Positions 1 through 12,376 of a stretch of DNA of 64,000 nucleotides are shown here, piece after piece (position 1 is the stretch's first letter; every line of letters starts with the position of its first letter). This DNA is from Raillietiella orientalis (Eukaryota). The position numbers and the translations under genes are program-made. The stretch covers positions 1,302,001-1,366,000 of the forward strand of contig JAYWIR010000038.1 of the NCBI GenBank assembly GCA_036172245.1, written 5' to 3'. The notes under the pieces are model-generated. The model ran no database searches. It saw nothing but the letters and a program-made list of their open reading frames with translations, and was not told the DNA's origin.

Positions 1-3000
1 TTTGTCATGTTCTGCAGACCCCTTCAGCACTTCCTAGTCACTGCAGGGCGATGGGTAGGCGAGCACAGAAAGCTGAGTCTCCTTGCTTCCATGTGCCCTG
101 AAGGGCTCGCCCGCGGTGTGTCCAATGTCTGACCCTTGATCTGGTTGGGACTCCATAGTGGAGCATGAGGAAGGAGTCCTGGGTGTCCTGTGCTCCGCCA
201 CGCTGCTGCCCCAGCCATTTGCAGGTTGGTTGTGTAGATCCCAGAGCCCCTTCTTCTTCCGCTTGAATGTTCTTACAGCTGGGAGGACTGACTCCAGGAC
301 CCTAAGGAATGAGGCAAAGCGGGAGGGATGAAGGCAGTCTCTGTCTCTGGCGCTTCGGAAGTCGGCATCTCTTCCCTACAACCAACAGTTGATGGCGCAA
401 ACAGTTGGTGGCCATCATAAAAAGAGGAGACCAAGGTCTTCTCTTCTCCCTCTCGCAGATAGCTCTTCCCTCCCAGATGCATCTCATCATTCCCATCGTC
501 TCGATCCTGGAGTTGCTCTCGGACCATCATCAGGGTCCCGTGCGCATGAAACTTTAAGACCCCAAGGAAGGAGGAGTGTCAGCAAGCATCCTGGCTCTCA
601 AGACAACTCGGAGTTTGCACCTTGGTCCATCTGGGATTCCGTGCCGCCTCTTCCCCTCCTTGAGAAATTTCACAACCGACCCGCTCCTTTGCTCTCTCCG
701 TCTCGGTTTCCCTCGTCTGTTTCGCTGACCACGCAGCCGCAAGCAGCATCTGCTTACCCATATCAAGCAGAGGGCTTGCAGGATGTTCTCCTGACCTTGA
801 GGTGGATCGCGAAGCGAGCTGCGGGAGGCCCAAGGAAGGCCAACTCTTTCCAGCTCCTTCTACGGCACGGGTCTGTTCTTTCGCTTGGAGCTGCCACTCC
901 CGTGTTCGAACCGCAGAGACTTGAAATGGAGACGCCCCAAGGCCTTGCCAGCCACAATCCGTGTGCCTGCGGTCTCCTCCGCGCACGACACCGAAAGAAA
1001 GTCGCGGGTTCGAACCCCGCCCGGAGAAAAGGATCAGCGCCGATAAATGGGGGGTGCGCCGTGGATTTCGAGTTCTTCCCACATGATGACGCAGGTTGGT
1101 CTCGGGTGGCTCCGGAAGCGGTGCTGGTAGAGGCTGGATGTCCCACTGACTGGCCGGTATTGGCAGCTGACCCTCCAGGGTCATTCCAGGAATCAAGGAG
1201 CCCTTGGAGGTTCCCCTCCGACTTTGAAAAGGGAGCCGCCCCCTCTTCAAGATGGATGACCCTCCATCGTTGGTACCATGGAGCTGGTTAATATCTCCCA
1301 GCGGGGGGCTGTCCCTACAGAGTGCAAGAAACGCGCTGCTTCCTTCGGGGTTCTCTTCAGAGAAAGAGGAAACAGGGACCCTTAGGGACCGGTTTCCTTG
1401 CAGGTGTCCTCTGGAGAAGAAGCTCCAGGAGCGGATCCTTTCCGGGTTCCCTTCGGAGAAGAGACGAGGAATAGCTAGCTCAGGGGATTCTCCGGAGAAA
1501 ATAAGGAAGAGGTTCCCTTGAGAGACGGCCAGGGAGAAGGCTCCCTTAAGGGTTCCCTCCCCAAGAGTAAGAGGAACAGACTCCTCCCTCTAGAGCCTTC
1601 CCGGATTTCCTCCTTTCCCGGACTCTGGAGTCTCCCTCTGTAAATTGGAGAGTCACACCCACCCTTTGGTATCGTGAACGATGTTAAAAGAGCATTGTGA
1701 GACTCCCTTGAGGAGGTGAGCGGTTCTTCAGCATTTTGTGGGCCGAAAAAAATAGAGCTGGAAGGAAAAGCAGGGAAAACAGAACTGCGAAGGATGTCTA
1801 TCCTCCCTTCCTTGCTTCTTTCCCTGTGCCTACGACCTGGGATGTGAACCGAACACGACGACATCGAACCACGAGTTCTCTGCTTCCCAAGGGAGGAGGA
1901 AGAGGACGAAGGAAGAGCAGCAAAGGGGGAGCAAGGAAGAAGGAGAGAGCAGGAGGAGAAGAGTGGGTTTTCTCGGAGACGAGGTAAGCTTCCGCCCTCG
2001 TCTCCAGGAAATCCCACTCTTGAAGAGGAGCTCCGAACATGCAAAGCTGCGCAAAAGCCGTCGCCGTCCTCGTTTCGCAGTTGTCGCAGATGAGGCTCCC
2101 GATATCTGGACCGCAGTCAGCTACCGTCCGGTTTGCATCCTCCATCGTTCCCTTTCCTCTGTGCCGTTGTTCTAACCTTCAAGCAGCGTTTAGAGTTCTG
2201 CTTGTTTCCCCTGTTGTCCTTGACAACATCCACAGCTCAGAGAACTTAGATCTGTCCTTCATGACCCCCCACAACTCAGATCCCTCCAGAGCTGCTTCAG
2301 AGATGGAGTCCAGTCCGCACCGAAGCAGACAAGGCGGCGAAGCAGACAAGCCGCTGGGACCGCGAAGAGAAGCAGTGTGAGCGAAAGGAGATGGGAGCTT
2401 CTGGTAATCTCCAATTCTGGCATAGAGTGCAGGAAGGACGGCAGCTCGATCTTCCCCGTACCCTAAAGGAACCGGGATCCAAGTCGTTTGTTCGAGGGAA
2501 CTTGCTGACTAGGTGTTGTGGATGAGGAAAGCCTTCGGTAGGGTCACCACCTAGGGAAAAATTTTTAAAGTGTTCGGTATGGTGAAGCAAGGAGCGACCC
2601 AATATGACTCCACCAAGAAGGAGACTAAGAGAGACTGTCAGATACCGCCCCAGCAGCCAGAGAACATCCGCGGCAGAGTTGCCACGACGAGCAGTCCGCT
2701 TCGCCCATGTAGAAATCGAGCCGCATCTTGCCGCCCACTCGCAAGTGCGACGGGAGCGCTCCATGAGGATTCGTTCTTGCCTGAGTTTCGCGAACGATGC
2801 GCATCGAGGGTACAAACGATAAGCCCAGGTGTCCACGTGAGCTTCTTCGCCTCGGCTAGCACCTCTGGTGGACCTCTCTGAGGTGGTGCACTCTGGAACG
2901 CGCCCTTTCTCTCATGATGCAACCGGACCATCGCTCAGAATTAATCTCTTTCCAGACCCTGAGGTCCCAGCCCCAAGGAGATCGCTCGGGTGCTCCTCCG

Positions 3001-3470
3001 CCTCTGAGAAAAACAGCCAGTCTTCTGCACGTTTTCGATACGAAGGATGAGCTTCCTTCTTGTCTTTCGCTCCGGAGGTCGGGCGACGTTCACCGTCGTT
3101 AGATTCCAGCCACATCGAAAGACCAGATCCGGTCGTAGTTTCGAGTCTGCTCCAAGAAAGGATTCCTTAAGTACTCAAGCGCTTCCCTCCCCACCCTCTG
3201 GAGTTCGGGCGTCTGTTCGCACGGTTGCCATGGGGCACATCAGGATTTCCAGAGCGGCGACTCTGTTCTTCAAGGGCAGAGAGTTCCAAGAACCAGCTTT
3301 TTCACTGCTCGAGCTGAGGGATTACCAGAACGAGAGGGGGTCTCGGTTCTTCACGCTCTTCACATCTTCAGCATCCTCACCACCTTCATCGATGGCCGAA
3401 TCCGAGACACCTGCAGATGCACCAGCCGGGGTCAGCCACCTGATGATCGAAAAGACGTTCAGGTAGTCGG
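1..3470 (-). mobile_element. Degenerate L1/Tx1-type non-LTR retrotransposon (ORF1 + ORF2 relics), interrupted by a SINE at ~940-1810 and running off the window's left edge
   Basis: Minus-strand motif relics occur in canonical order. Zinc-knuckle-like CRCLGFGH is at 3392-3415. The AP-endonuclease-like ORF 2297-2836 contains LRQERIL (~LQETH), GRYLTV, SLGGDP (~GGDFN) and SFRSH (~FSDH). An RT-entry-like ANR... segment is at 1960-2145 and AEEEGALG (~PKxxGGLG) at ~239-262. Many stops and frameshifts. Confidence 0.7.
940..1810 (+). mobile_element. SINE family A copy (tRNA-derived head), near full length
   Basis: B-box GGTTCGAACCC at ~1007. Body blocks such as ccatggagctgg and ctggtagaggctggatg, and the gttcttcagca...ggaaggaaaagcag tail, are shared with the copies at 7.4, 17.5, 33.8 and 57.3 kb. 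Confidence 0.85.
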
Positions 3471-3519
3471 GTGACGCGAAGATCATGAACCTTAAACCCG
3501 GGGGACGCCGCGACTCATA

Positions 3520-4100
3520 AAGCCCCCGTGCGGAGGAGGACTTCGGGTTGGCTTTGGGTGAGCGCTGGTGGAAGGCGGATGCCCACCGTTGACTGGCCGG
3601 GATTGGAAAGTTGAGCCTTCCGGATCCTACTAGGAACCAAGGAGCTGCTCCACTTCTCTTGTGAAAATGGGGCCTCTGTCGCGTAGTATGGAGCCAGTCG
3701 ATTCCTCTCCAGAGTGCGAAGCGGGCTGCTCCCTTCGGGGAGCGCCCTTCGGAAAAACTTCGGGGTCGTCTTCAGAGGAAGAAACGAGGAGCAGTAGTTC
3801 CCTTGCGGTTTCTCTCTGGAGGAGAAATTTCAGGAGCGGCCTCCGGAGACAATAAGGAAGAGGGTGGTTCCATTCGGAGTTCCCTCCCAAGAGTGAGAGG
3901 AACGGGGGACTCTTTCCTCCGACGCCTCCCTGGATTCCTAAGGTGGTCACTCCAGGATCAGTTCCTATCCTTGAAGAATCCACGCACCCTAGGGTGGCGT
4001 GGAAAGCGATGAAGAACTTCATGAGCCCCCATAAGGAGGCAAACCCCCAAAAAGGAAGTCCTCCCCAAAACGAAAAATGCTGGAAGGAAAGCGGCAAAAC
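3520..4100 (+). mobile_element. SINE family A copy, 5'-truncated
   Basis: Shares body (ctggtggaaggcggatgcccaccgttgactggccggg; tctccagagtgcgaagc; ggagaaatttcaggagcgg) and tail (acgcaccctagggtggcgtgga; ctggaaggaaagcgg) with other copies. No B-box seen. Confidence 0.85.
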
Positions 4101-4348
4101 GAACGAACGTGGCGCGAGGTGTCAGCTGCGTGCTGCGTACCGGGACGGAGGGGCGAGTGGGGCTTCCGAGGTGTCGACAAGCGCGGTCAGCTGGAGGGGG
4201 AGCAAGAGCCACAGGCTTCGATGTCGACGCTGGGAGAGGGCGGGCAGGACGAGGACGACGACCCTGGTAACAGTGCTCGTCCTGAATAGCACCCTTCCCC
4301 CGTTCCCTCGCGCGTGCGTCACGAAAGAAGAGGGGACGTGGGAGTGGG

Positions 4349-4879
4349 GAGCAGTACCTGGCCACTTCCGCCATCCAGGACGCGTGCTACGAGACCTTCG
4401 AGACCCTGAAGGACGCCGACGCGAGGACGCATCGGATGCCCAAGTGGATGGACCGCATAGGCGTGGACGAGGTGCGGATGTGCAGTGAGGTGGCCGGCCC
4501 TTCGACCTCCAGGTCGCCGCTTCCCGCCAGCACCGTCCAGGCCGACCTCAACGGCTCCCTGACTGACGCGTTCGCTGCGTACAATGGGAGCTGTGAGGCA
4601 CAGATGTCCGTCCTGAAGAAGCTGCACGCTCGGGACACGTACGCAGCAGACGTGGTGTGGATGCTGAACGACGGCGGGCCACCGTTCCTATAGACCTTCG
4701 AGAGGCTCCGGTGGTCCATCGCCAGCCGCAGAGAGTATACTTCCGAGCTGGAGATGCGCGAGCGCCTGGACGGGTTCCCCCAGGACGAGGGGAAGGATGG
4801 CATCGGCACGTTCTATGATGCCCGTGTCCAGCTGCTGCTTCTGCTGCAGCTGGACATGCAAAAGTGTTTCGGGATGTGA
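4349..4879 (+). pseudogene. Unidentified protein-coding fragment (~175 codons) with one in-frame TAG
   Basis: The frame EQYLATSAIQDACYETFETLKDADARTHRMPKW...NDGGPPFL*TFERLRWSIASRREYTSELEMRERLDG...LQLDMQKCFGM* has G/C at nearly all third positions and a globular-protein-like composition. The bias continues across the TAG at 4691-4693. Family not recognised. Confidence 0.6.
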
Positions 4880-5779
4880 GCTTTCTCATGGGGCAAACAG
4901 GTTGCCTTGCAGAGCCCCCCTGCGCTATTTGGGGCCCTGGACGGAGCGCATGCTGGGAGTAAACCAATTTGTCGCCGGTCCCTGAATGGGGAACGCGCCC
5001 CGCGCGCAAACAGAGATGACTCTGCAATACTGCGAGCACACGGGAGGTGGTTTGTTCCGATCGCGCAGCATCCCTTCGGCCAGGGAAGCGGGCGACGGAG
5101 AGGACGGAGCGCCGCCGTTCGGCAGGCGGAAGGCGCGAGCGCGGCCGCAGCCCGTCTCTTGACTCGCGCGGGTAAACCGCCGTCGCGGGAAAACAGTCCC
5201 CTGGACGGCAGGATGGAATCCCGCCCTTGTTTGAGCTCGGCCCTCACCCCAGCGAGCCTGCCTAATAATGGAGGCAGCTCCCAGCGTTCGGCGAGGAACT
5301 CAGAATGGAAACTGCGCCCGGGGCTGTAGTCAGAAATCGTCCACTCCACAGCCGAACGGATATCGCACCCGTGACAAGCAGAATGTCGAGGAGGCTTTCA
5401 GGGGTGTGTGGGACGGCTTTTCCCCCCGGAGCCCGTGGACATTCTTGGGAGGACCTTCGCGCTCGGGGAGAGAGTCCGGATGGGGTCAACCCTATCCTCC
5501 TTCCGCTCCGACGTTCCATTTCCTCCGAAGGGCGCGCTGGCTTCGGGAGCCTCTTGCGCGAAACGGGTGAGGCGGAATGAGGGAAGGGCTTTTAAAGTGT
5601 TCCATCAGGGCGGATTCCGGACTCGCGAGTTCACTCAAGAGTTGGTCAGCTGGGTCGGTCTCGGGGAGCAGGACTGAGAGCTGCGAATGGCTGGAAGAGC
5701 ATTCCGACCGGGTCGCGAAGGGCCTCTGTGGCCGGAAACCCCTCCCTCCCCCCCAAAAGGCACTTGACAAGCCCGAGTC

Positions 5780-6288
5780 ATCCTCCCGTGGGCGCTGCGC
5801 ACTCTTCCGACTTTATTGTGTTTTCATTAATGGACCAAAATGCTGCTGACTTATCTCCCTTCTGGATCTGCGAGTGTCGCAGAAATGGCTGCTTTCCACC
5901 GCCGACTATCCTCGGTCCTAATGAAGATTGAGGAGAGCTTGGTGCTGCTTCCTCCCGATGGCATTTCCTGATCTCCGATCCGTGCAGGAGAGCTCTCCCC
6001 CATAAATGCTTGGAAGCGGTTGTATAATTTGCTAAGAGATCATTGAAGGCATTTTGCGTGTGTATGTATACGTGTGTTTTTTTTTCCTTTCTTCTTCTTC
6101 TTCTCTTCCTGAAGCTGATCTTATCTCTCCTTGCATCACGCGCAACCATTTTTCAGTGATGAAGACGTTCGGCAAAGAATGTGACTGAGGGCACCATTGG
6201 CATCCGAATGCGAAATCGCTGCGCGTCCTCGCGGTTGCCGAGAACTGCAACCGCGTGTGGCCCGAAGAATTCACACACACACGCACAC

Positions 6289-6324
<36 letters not shown>

Positions 6325-6900
6325 GAAACAGCAGCACGAAAAAAAGAGAGAGAGGGAGAGAGAGAGAGAAAAAAAATACCATAACAGATGCCAGAACTAA
6401 GGGAGAACGAAGTCATCTCACGGAATTGAATTCAATTAACCGGTGGATAATTGGTAGCTGACGGTGGAGAAGAATCGAGTCTTTCTCGGGAGTAATCGAG
6501 TTGCATGTCGTTTATCGATCGCACCGGCGTGTCTTGCATTGCCGTGTCCACGATCGGGAATAAATCTCAGGAGAAGAAGAACAAAAAATAAGCAATAAAG
6601 GATGGATTATGGGACCTCGGTATCATCATCCCGAGATGCCTGGGAACTCTGCGGAAGAATTTCTCCGACTCCATGCACATAAAAGCAACGAGGAGCATCG
6701 CTAAATGAACCACGAAGTGAACCGTCTCATGCTGTAAAATGACTCAGAAGAACAAAAGGGAAACGTAATTTATTGATTTTTTCCCCCCCCTCTTATTGAA
6801 AATCGGCTGGATGTTGGCTCATGTTTATAGTGTGATCCCCTCTGGGAAGCGGGTGGAATTCATCAGTGGTTACTGCTATCCGTGAGGCCAACATAAGGGA
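5780..6900 (-). mobile_element. Degenerate RTE-like LINE fragment (RT and thumb region) with embedded microsatellites
   Basis: In order on the minus strand: AFMCMESEKFFRRVPR at 6639-6686 (~AFVDLEKAFDRVPR), FITEK...GEIRS (~ITxDG..EIRxRI), then QNAF...LWGRALLHGSEIRK (~KxAF...LLYGSETW). Confidence 0.55.
6272..6377. repeat. Compound microsatellite: (CA)n, ~28-nt poly(A), (GA)n
   Basis: Directly visible in the sequence. Confidence 0.95.
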
Positions 6901-7409
6901 GTGGACTGGTGCTCCCGGAGAGGGAAAATCGCCTTGAATAGCGAGCAAGGGGACACCTCCGCGGGTAAAGGAGACCTCGGGGCTTTTAATTGGTTAGCGA
7001 GAGAAGACATCGAGCAGTGTCCTCCGCGTGTGGTTCACCCCCGCCCTGAGGTGAGGACCGAAAGATCCCTTCCAAGGAGCGCTCCGGTGACCTTTTCTCC
7101 CTTGCCCCTCGTCATCTCCAGCAGGGCGCATCGCGACACAGTCCCTCCCAAGAGACGAGGGCCCTCCCTGCACGCGAACGAGACGCACAAGAAGAGTGCA
7201 CACGGCGCACCGCGAGGGGCGCGAGAACCGCCCCAGACCCCGTAGAGGGAGGTGCTGCTGGCATGGTCAGAGCACACGTGGCTGGAGGGAGAGGCAGGAG
7301 GTCGGCACCTGGCCCATGCGTAGCTGCACTTTAAGAATTGCTTGCTCTCCCGTGACCTAGGATCAGCTCGAACGCGACTCCTCCGGCATGCTTATATGGA
7401 GTTTCATCT

Positions 7410-8725
7410 TCGCCCGCCTTGGAGGCTTCCGCTGTTGGCACTGAACGTAGCGGGTTCGAATCCCTCCCGGGGAAGGATCGACGTCGAGAAACGGGTGCGT
7501 TCTGGGTTTGCGATTCCACCCCCTCCCTTCTTCCCCGCGAGATGGCGCTGGTTGGCCTCGGGTGGCTTTGGGGGCGGCACTGGTGGAAGGAGCCGGATGC
7601 CCCCGTTGACCGGCCGGGACTGGAAGCCGACTCTGCGGGTTCCTTCCCGGAATCAAAGAGCCCTTCGGAATCCCCCTCCGGTTGCGAAAAGGGAGCCGCA
7701 CCATGGAGCTGGCTGATACACCCCCTCGGGGGGTCGCCTCTCCAGAGTATCAGGGAGAAGAGCGCTACTCCCTTCAGGGAGCGCCGCCCCACACAGAAAT
7801 GGGGAAGCATCCCTTCGGGATTGTCTTCGGAGGAGGAGGAATCGGGGAGCGGTTCCTTCGCGGTTTCCCTCCGGAGGAGAAATTCCAGAAACGACGCCCT
7901 CCAGAGGGAACAAGGAAGAAGTGGTTTCCTTCGGCGCCCTCGCTGCGAGCTTATCGCGCAGCCTCCGGGTTCGAATCCCTCCCAGGGAAGGATCGACCTC
8001 CGGAGAAATGGGGGTGCGTTGTGGGTTTCGCTCCCCCCTCGCAGGAGAGCGTTGGTTGGCCTCGGTTGGTTCCGGGTGAGGCACTGGTGGGAGGGAAGCT
8101 GGATGTCCCCGCCCACTGGCCGGGATAAGAAGTGAACCGTGCGGGGTCGTTCCGGGAATCGAGGAGCCCTTCGGGGTTCCCCTCCGGTGGCGAAGAGGGA
8201 GCCGTGCCATCGCGTACCGTGGAGCCGATCGATGCCCCCCATGGGGGTCGTCCGCCTCTCCAGAGTAGCGAGAAGAGCGCTTCTCCCTTCGGGAGGTGCT
8301 CCTCAGAGGAGGAACCTGGGAGCAGTTTCCTCACCTCGCGGTTTCCCTCCGGAGAAGAAATTCCAGGAGCGGATCATTTCCGGAAGTCCCTTCGGAGAGA
8401 GCAAGGAAGAAATCCTTCCCTTCCTGGTTCTCTTCGAAGACAAAACCAAGGTGAACTTTGGGGACTTCGGGGTTCCTCTCCTCAGGCGTGAGAGGAGCAG
8501 ACTCCTTCCTGGATTCATAGGTGGTCCCTCCTAACTGGAAGTCAGCACGCACCCTCGGGCGGCGTGGACGGTGCTGAAGAAGAGCTGTGTGAGTCCTCCT
8601 GAGAAAGCGGGAAGTTTCTCAGCGCTCAGAGAACCAACAAGCAAGGATAAACCTGAAAAAGGCCAAAGGAAAGCAGCTGGAAGGGAAGAAACGAAAGCAG
8701 TAGAAGAACCCTAAAAGGATTCCTC
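7410..8725 (+). mobile_element. Head-to-tail dimer of SINE family A (3'-truncated copy ~7410-7933 fused to a copy ~7934-8725)
   Basis: Two B-boxes GGTTCGAATCCC (7453 and ~7968), each followed by the family body. Only the second unit carries the tail. Confidence 0.85.
7453..8587 (+). repeat. Left arm of a ~1.13 kb near-identical inverted repeat
   Basis: Reverse complement of 14621-15746. ORF translations are near-identical (e.g. 8132..8491+ vs 14714..15073-; 7951..8334- vs 14871..15254+). Confidence 0.97.
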
Positions 8726-11079
8726 CGTGGAAGATTCGCAGGGAGCTCTAGGACGTCCTCACAGAGATTTTTCGCCTCACAAGTCGCAGGGTCAGGGAGA
8801 GACGGACACAGAGCAGTCTTCATCGATACAGAGATCTCTAATCTTGTGACACGCCGTCACCGGGATGCGGCTCATCCGCTGCTCCCTCTGCATCCCCCTT
8901 GCCATTTACGCACTGAGCGGCTTCTGGTGGCTCCCCGTCGCTGCCGATTTTCTAGATAGTTCCTCTTCCTGCTCCCAGATGCCCATTGTTTTCGACTTCC
9001 TTTCCTCCGGCATGCGGTCGAAGATCGCCTTTTCGTTGGCCGGCGGTCACCTTTGCCATTCAGCGGTGGCCTTTAAGTGGCAACCGTCGGAGTAGCGGAG
9101 GGGACGCGTCTTCCTTCAAGAGCATTTCGGTCGCCTCTGGAGCTTCCATAACCGTCCTCCGTGATCCTTCAGTATCCCTGGATGCTCTCCCGAGTTCGCG
9201 GCAAGCAGTCATCCCGGCACGCGGGTGGGCTGAGGTGTCCTTGTCTCCGGGACTCCCACCCCAAGCGTGAGCGAAGGGCAGCAGCGTTACCTCGGGAGCG
9301 AAAGAAGGAGCCCCCGCGCCCAAACTCCTCAACCCAGAGGATCGCCTAAGTGGGACCAGTGAGGGCGATCAATGAGCCATCCACCCCCTCCTTCTTCTTC
9401 TCCCTTCCCCTGGAAAAATGTTTTATTTATTTGTGCACCCTCACCCACAATCATCCTTTCCCCCCAGGTGCAAAATTCTTCACCTCCCCCGGTCCAAAGC
9501 GACCCGTCTCTTTCCGTGTTCTCTAGACCTCGGGGATGCTGGAAACGGACGGCGAGCGAAGAAAGCCTCTGGAAACACCCGTGCGCGCGCGCCAGCCACA
9601 GCACCATGCAGCATCCCGACCATCTCGTACCAACGCTGCACGTCCGGCTGAGTTGCGTCGCATGTAATTTGGGTGCTGTGTATTTTGGACTGATGTCAGT
9701 GGAGAGCGTTCGGGACATCCTTGCGTTCGACGCTAATTAATGCTAATTGGTATACCTATCGCTCGCCGTCGTGAATAGGGAGGGAACGTGTGCCGTAATG
9801 GGCACGCGTGACCCTTCGGTCTGGACTCCAAGAATTCGGTGGACGCAGCGCTAATGGGGCAGCTCTCAGAGCCTTCGAAAATGGTCGGAGAATTTCCATT
9901 TTCGCTGTGCTGCTCCAGCAGAAAGATGCTGGTCACGAAAGATGCAGGTTTTCCCCTCCCTCCCCCGGATCAGTTTCAGCTTGTAAGCAAAAGGGGGAGT
10001 CACCGGACTCGCACAGGGATTGCTTTCAATTACGCATCTGCCCCGCGTTTAAATGCAAATACCTCGCTTGACTGACGTTTAATGTGGGTCCCAAGCCTTT
10101 GCTGCGATCTCCGCATCTCAGTTTGATGGATGCCTCCTAGTGATTTGTTTCCCTGTGACTCCCGCTTTAGTAATTGATCGATGATTAAGGCTGCCAAAGA
10201 AATTATGCGGTTCGAGCATCATGCCTCTTGGCAACACACGCACACATACACACACGAAGCTGGAAAAGGCCTCCCCCCTCCCCCTCAAAAAAAAAAGGAA
10301 TCTGCTTACTGACATCTCTCGAAGATGACACTTGACGCAGGCGTTTTAAAGCACAGGCGAGCTGGTTGTTCGACATAAGCGGCGCCGCGGTAAAGAGTGC
10401 TTTCCTTTTGAGAGACAATAGAAGCATCTGAGGAGGAGAGAAGAGAGAAGGGGGGAGGGAGGAAGAAGAGGAGGGGAGGAGGAAGGGTTCCCGGCGTGAC
10501 TTTTGACTTTTACTCTCGATCGATTTATCACGGTGGAGTTGGGTTCCTGAAACAGAGAGGCCAGCAAGACCTATCGATCTGGAAGGCAATTAAGCCGGCC
10601 TTTTGCTCTTCGCGAAGCTGGGGCCTCGAGCAAAAGAAGCTGGGAAGCGCAGTCGGCTCCGGAGCATCTCGCTTTCCCGAAGACAGACCGAAGCAAACCG
10701 TCTCACCTCACCTTCGCAAGTTCGAACCGAAGACTCTTCTGGAACTCGCCTCGGGGCATCCCATCTTTTTTTTTCATTTTTTTACTCTTTCGCGAACGGC
10801 AAAAAATAGCTTCGGGAGCCTCCGGCCTGTTGCCCTCGTCGTTTTAGGGCGAATACCTCAAGGATGTTTGCCCACTTGTCAGCCCGCGTCGCTGCATCCG
10901 GACGAATGAAGGAAGAAGCGTTGGCTTTGGCGAACGCCGAGAACTCGAATGAAGCACTCGCAGCATCCTCGCGGTCCAAGTCAAAGCCGGTGAAGTTCCG
11001 CTGCAGGCCGTCTCCTGGAGTCGTTAAAGTCTCGTCTCTGACAGAAGAAGAAGAAGAAAAAACCTCCAGCACTTCAGGG

Positions 11080-11114
11080 CATGACGGAGTCACTTAAAGA
11101 GTGACTCCGTCATG
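11080..11114. repeat. Perfect 15-bp inverted repeat with 5-nt loop
   Basis: CATGACGGAGTCACT-TAAAG-AGTGACTCCGTCATG; the arms are exact reverse complements. Confidence 0.97.
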
Positions 11115-12074
11115 AGTTGTTGGGACCGTCTCCGGTTGCCAACCAGGAGATCGCAGACGAAGATACCCACCCTCCTGCGAACTGACGACGACCGTGACGT
11201 CGGCAAAGCGGTCGTCGATGCTGGTGCGGGCGGAGGAAGAAGGAATGGCTATCGATCATCGGCAGCGTTACCGTTCTGAGAAGTCGCATCTCCTCCCGTT
11301 CTGCTGCGGAGGAGGAGGGAGAGGGATGGGGGGAAGGAGGGAGAGGGTGGGAAAGCGCCAGCGGCTTGTTCCGCCCAGGAGGACGGCGCCGTTCGAGGAG
11401 GGTTTCCGGCCAGCCATCCCACCATCTCGTGGGCCCCTGCCTTCCCGCCGCGCGCCGCAGACGGCGGTGGGAGGACGTTGAAGGCTCTCGCGCACCAGAG
11501 TGCTCATCAGATAAAGAGTCCGAAGCGAAGTCAAAATGCTTCAGTAGTTATGACAGGAAATGTGGCGAGCGCGTGATCTCTGTCAGTGGAGGATGCTGGG
11601 CTCAGTGATTTACGCCCGCCTCGGGCATAAATCGTTCCCCCGAGATGAAATAAAACGCGTGGAAACTTCCTGCGGCAGGCAGAACGCGGAAGGCTCGGAC
11701 GCTCTCCCGTCGGCGGAGTCGTGGCTCCTGGAGACCGGGAGCGTCGAGTGGCGAGATGGAGGGGGAAGGAGATGTCCCTTTCCAGCGGGAACTCCGCGCC
11801 TGCCGCTCCCGCCTCCCAGAAAGGGAGCTCTCCTGAAAGCGAGTGAGGCACGCGCGCAGATCCTCGATGGCCGGCGTCCTGGCGAGGGAGTCGAAAGTAT
11901 TCCGGGTCATGCAGACCCCTTGGCCAGAGGAAGGGGGGGGGTCTGAGGATCTTCTGGGAGTGTCAGCATCCGCCCGGACGATCTCGCTGGATTCCTTTGC
12001 CCTTTCACCATCTCCGGAACGAGGAATGAGCTTCCTCGCTGGCGGATGAAAAATGAAGGAGTGTTCCACTCTCC

Positions 12075-12200
12075 TGAGGAGGAACAGGGAGCAGTTCCCT
12101 TGCAGGTGACATCTAGAGAAGGAGTTCTAGAAGCGGACCCATCGTGGGTTTCCTTCGAGGAAGAATTCCCTGGAAAGGAGGAAGAGAGGATTTCCAAAGC
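12075..12200 (+). mobile_element. Internal fragment of SINE family A
   Basis: gaggaacagggagcagttcccttgcaggtgacatctagagaaggagttctagaagcgga resembles the family A mid-body (cf. 1365-1440, 21360-21400 on the minus strand). Confidence 0.55.
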
Positions 12201-12312
12201 AACAGGCGAGACAGGAAAACAGGAAGAGTTCGTTGATCGTCTTCCAGCGTCGTCCTCCGTCAGGATGGCGCTCTGGCGAAGTCTCGGGGAACCATGCATC
12301 CCGGACAGACAG

Positions 12313-12376
12313 ACTCAGGGGGCGCTAAGCGAAGCGGGACGAGGGAGGAGGACAGCACCGGCGCGCCACCTAGTAC
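12313..12376. promoter_or_regulatory. Pair of CTCF-like motifs in opposite orientation
   Basis: ACTCAGGGGGCGCT on + (12313-12326) and GTACTAGGTGGCGC on - (12363-12376) resemble the CCACYAGRKGGCGC core. Motif match only. Confidence 0.3.

Noticed and set aside
7331..8534. Duplicated ORFs in the two inverted arms that look like a paralogous gene pair
   Set aside because: They are translations of non-coding SINE sequence; a stop differs between arms and other copies do not preserve the frames.
8780..9340. Possible L1 ORF1 relic on the minus strand
   Set aside because: The composition is suggestive but no convincing zinc knuckle could be read.
11060..11130. Hairpin as a Helitron 3' end or intrinsic terminator
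   Set aside because: No CTRR followed by T at the expected spacing, no U-tract, and the context is eukaryotic.
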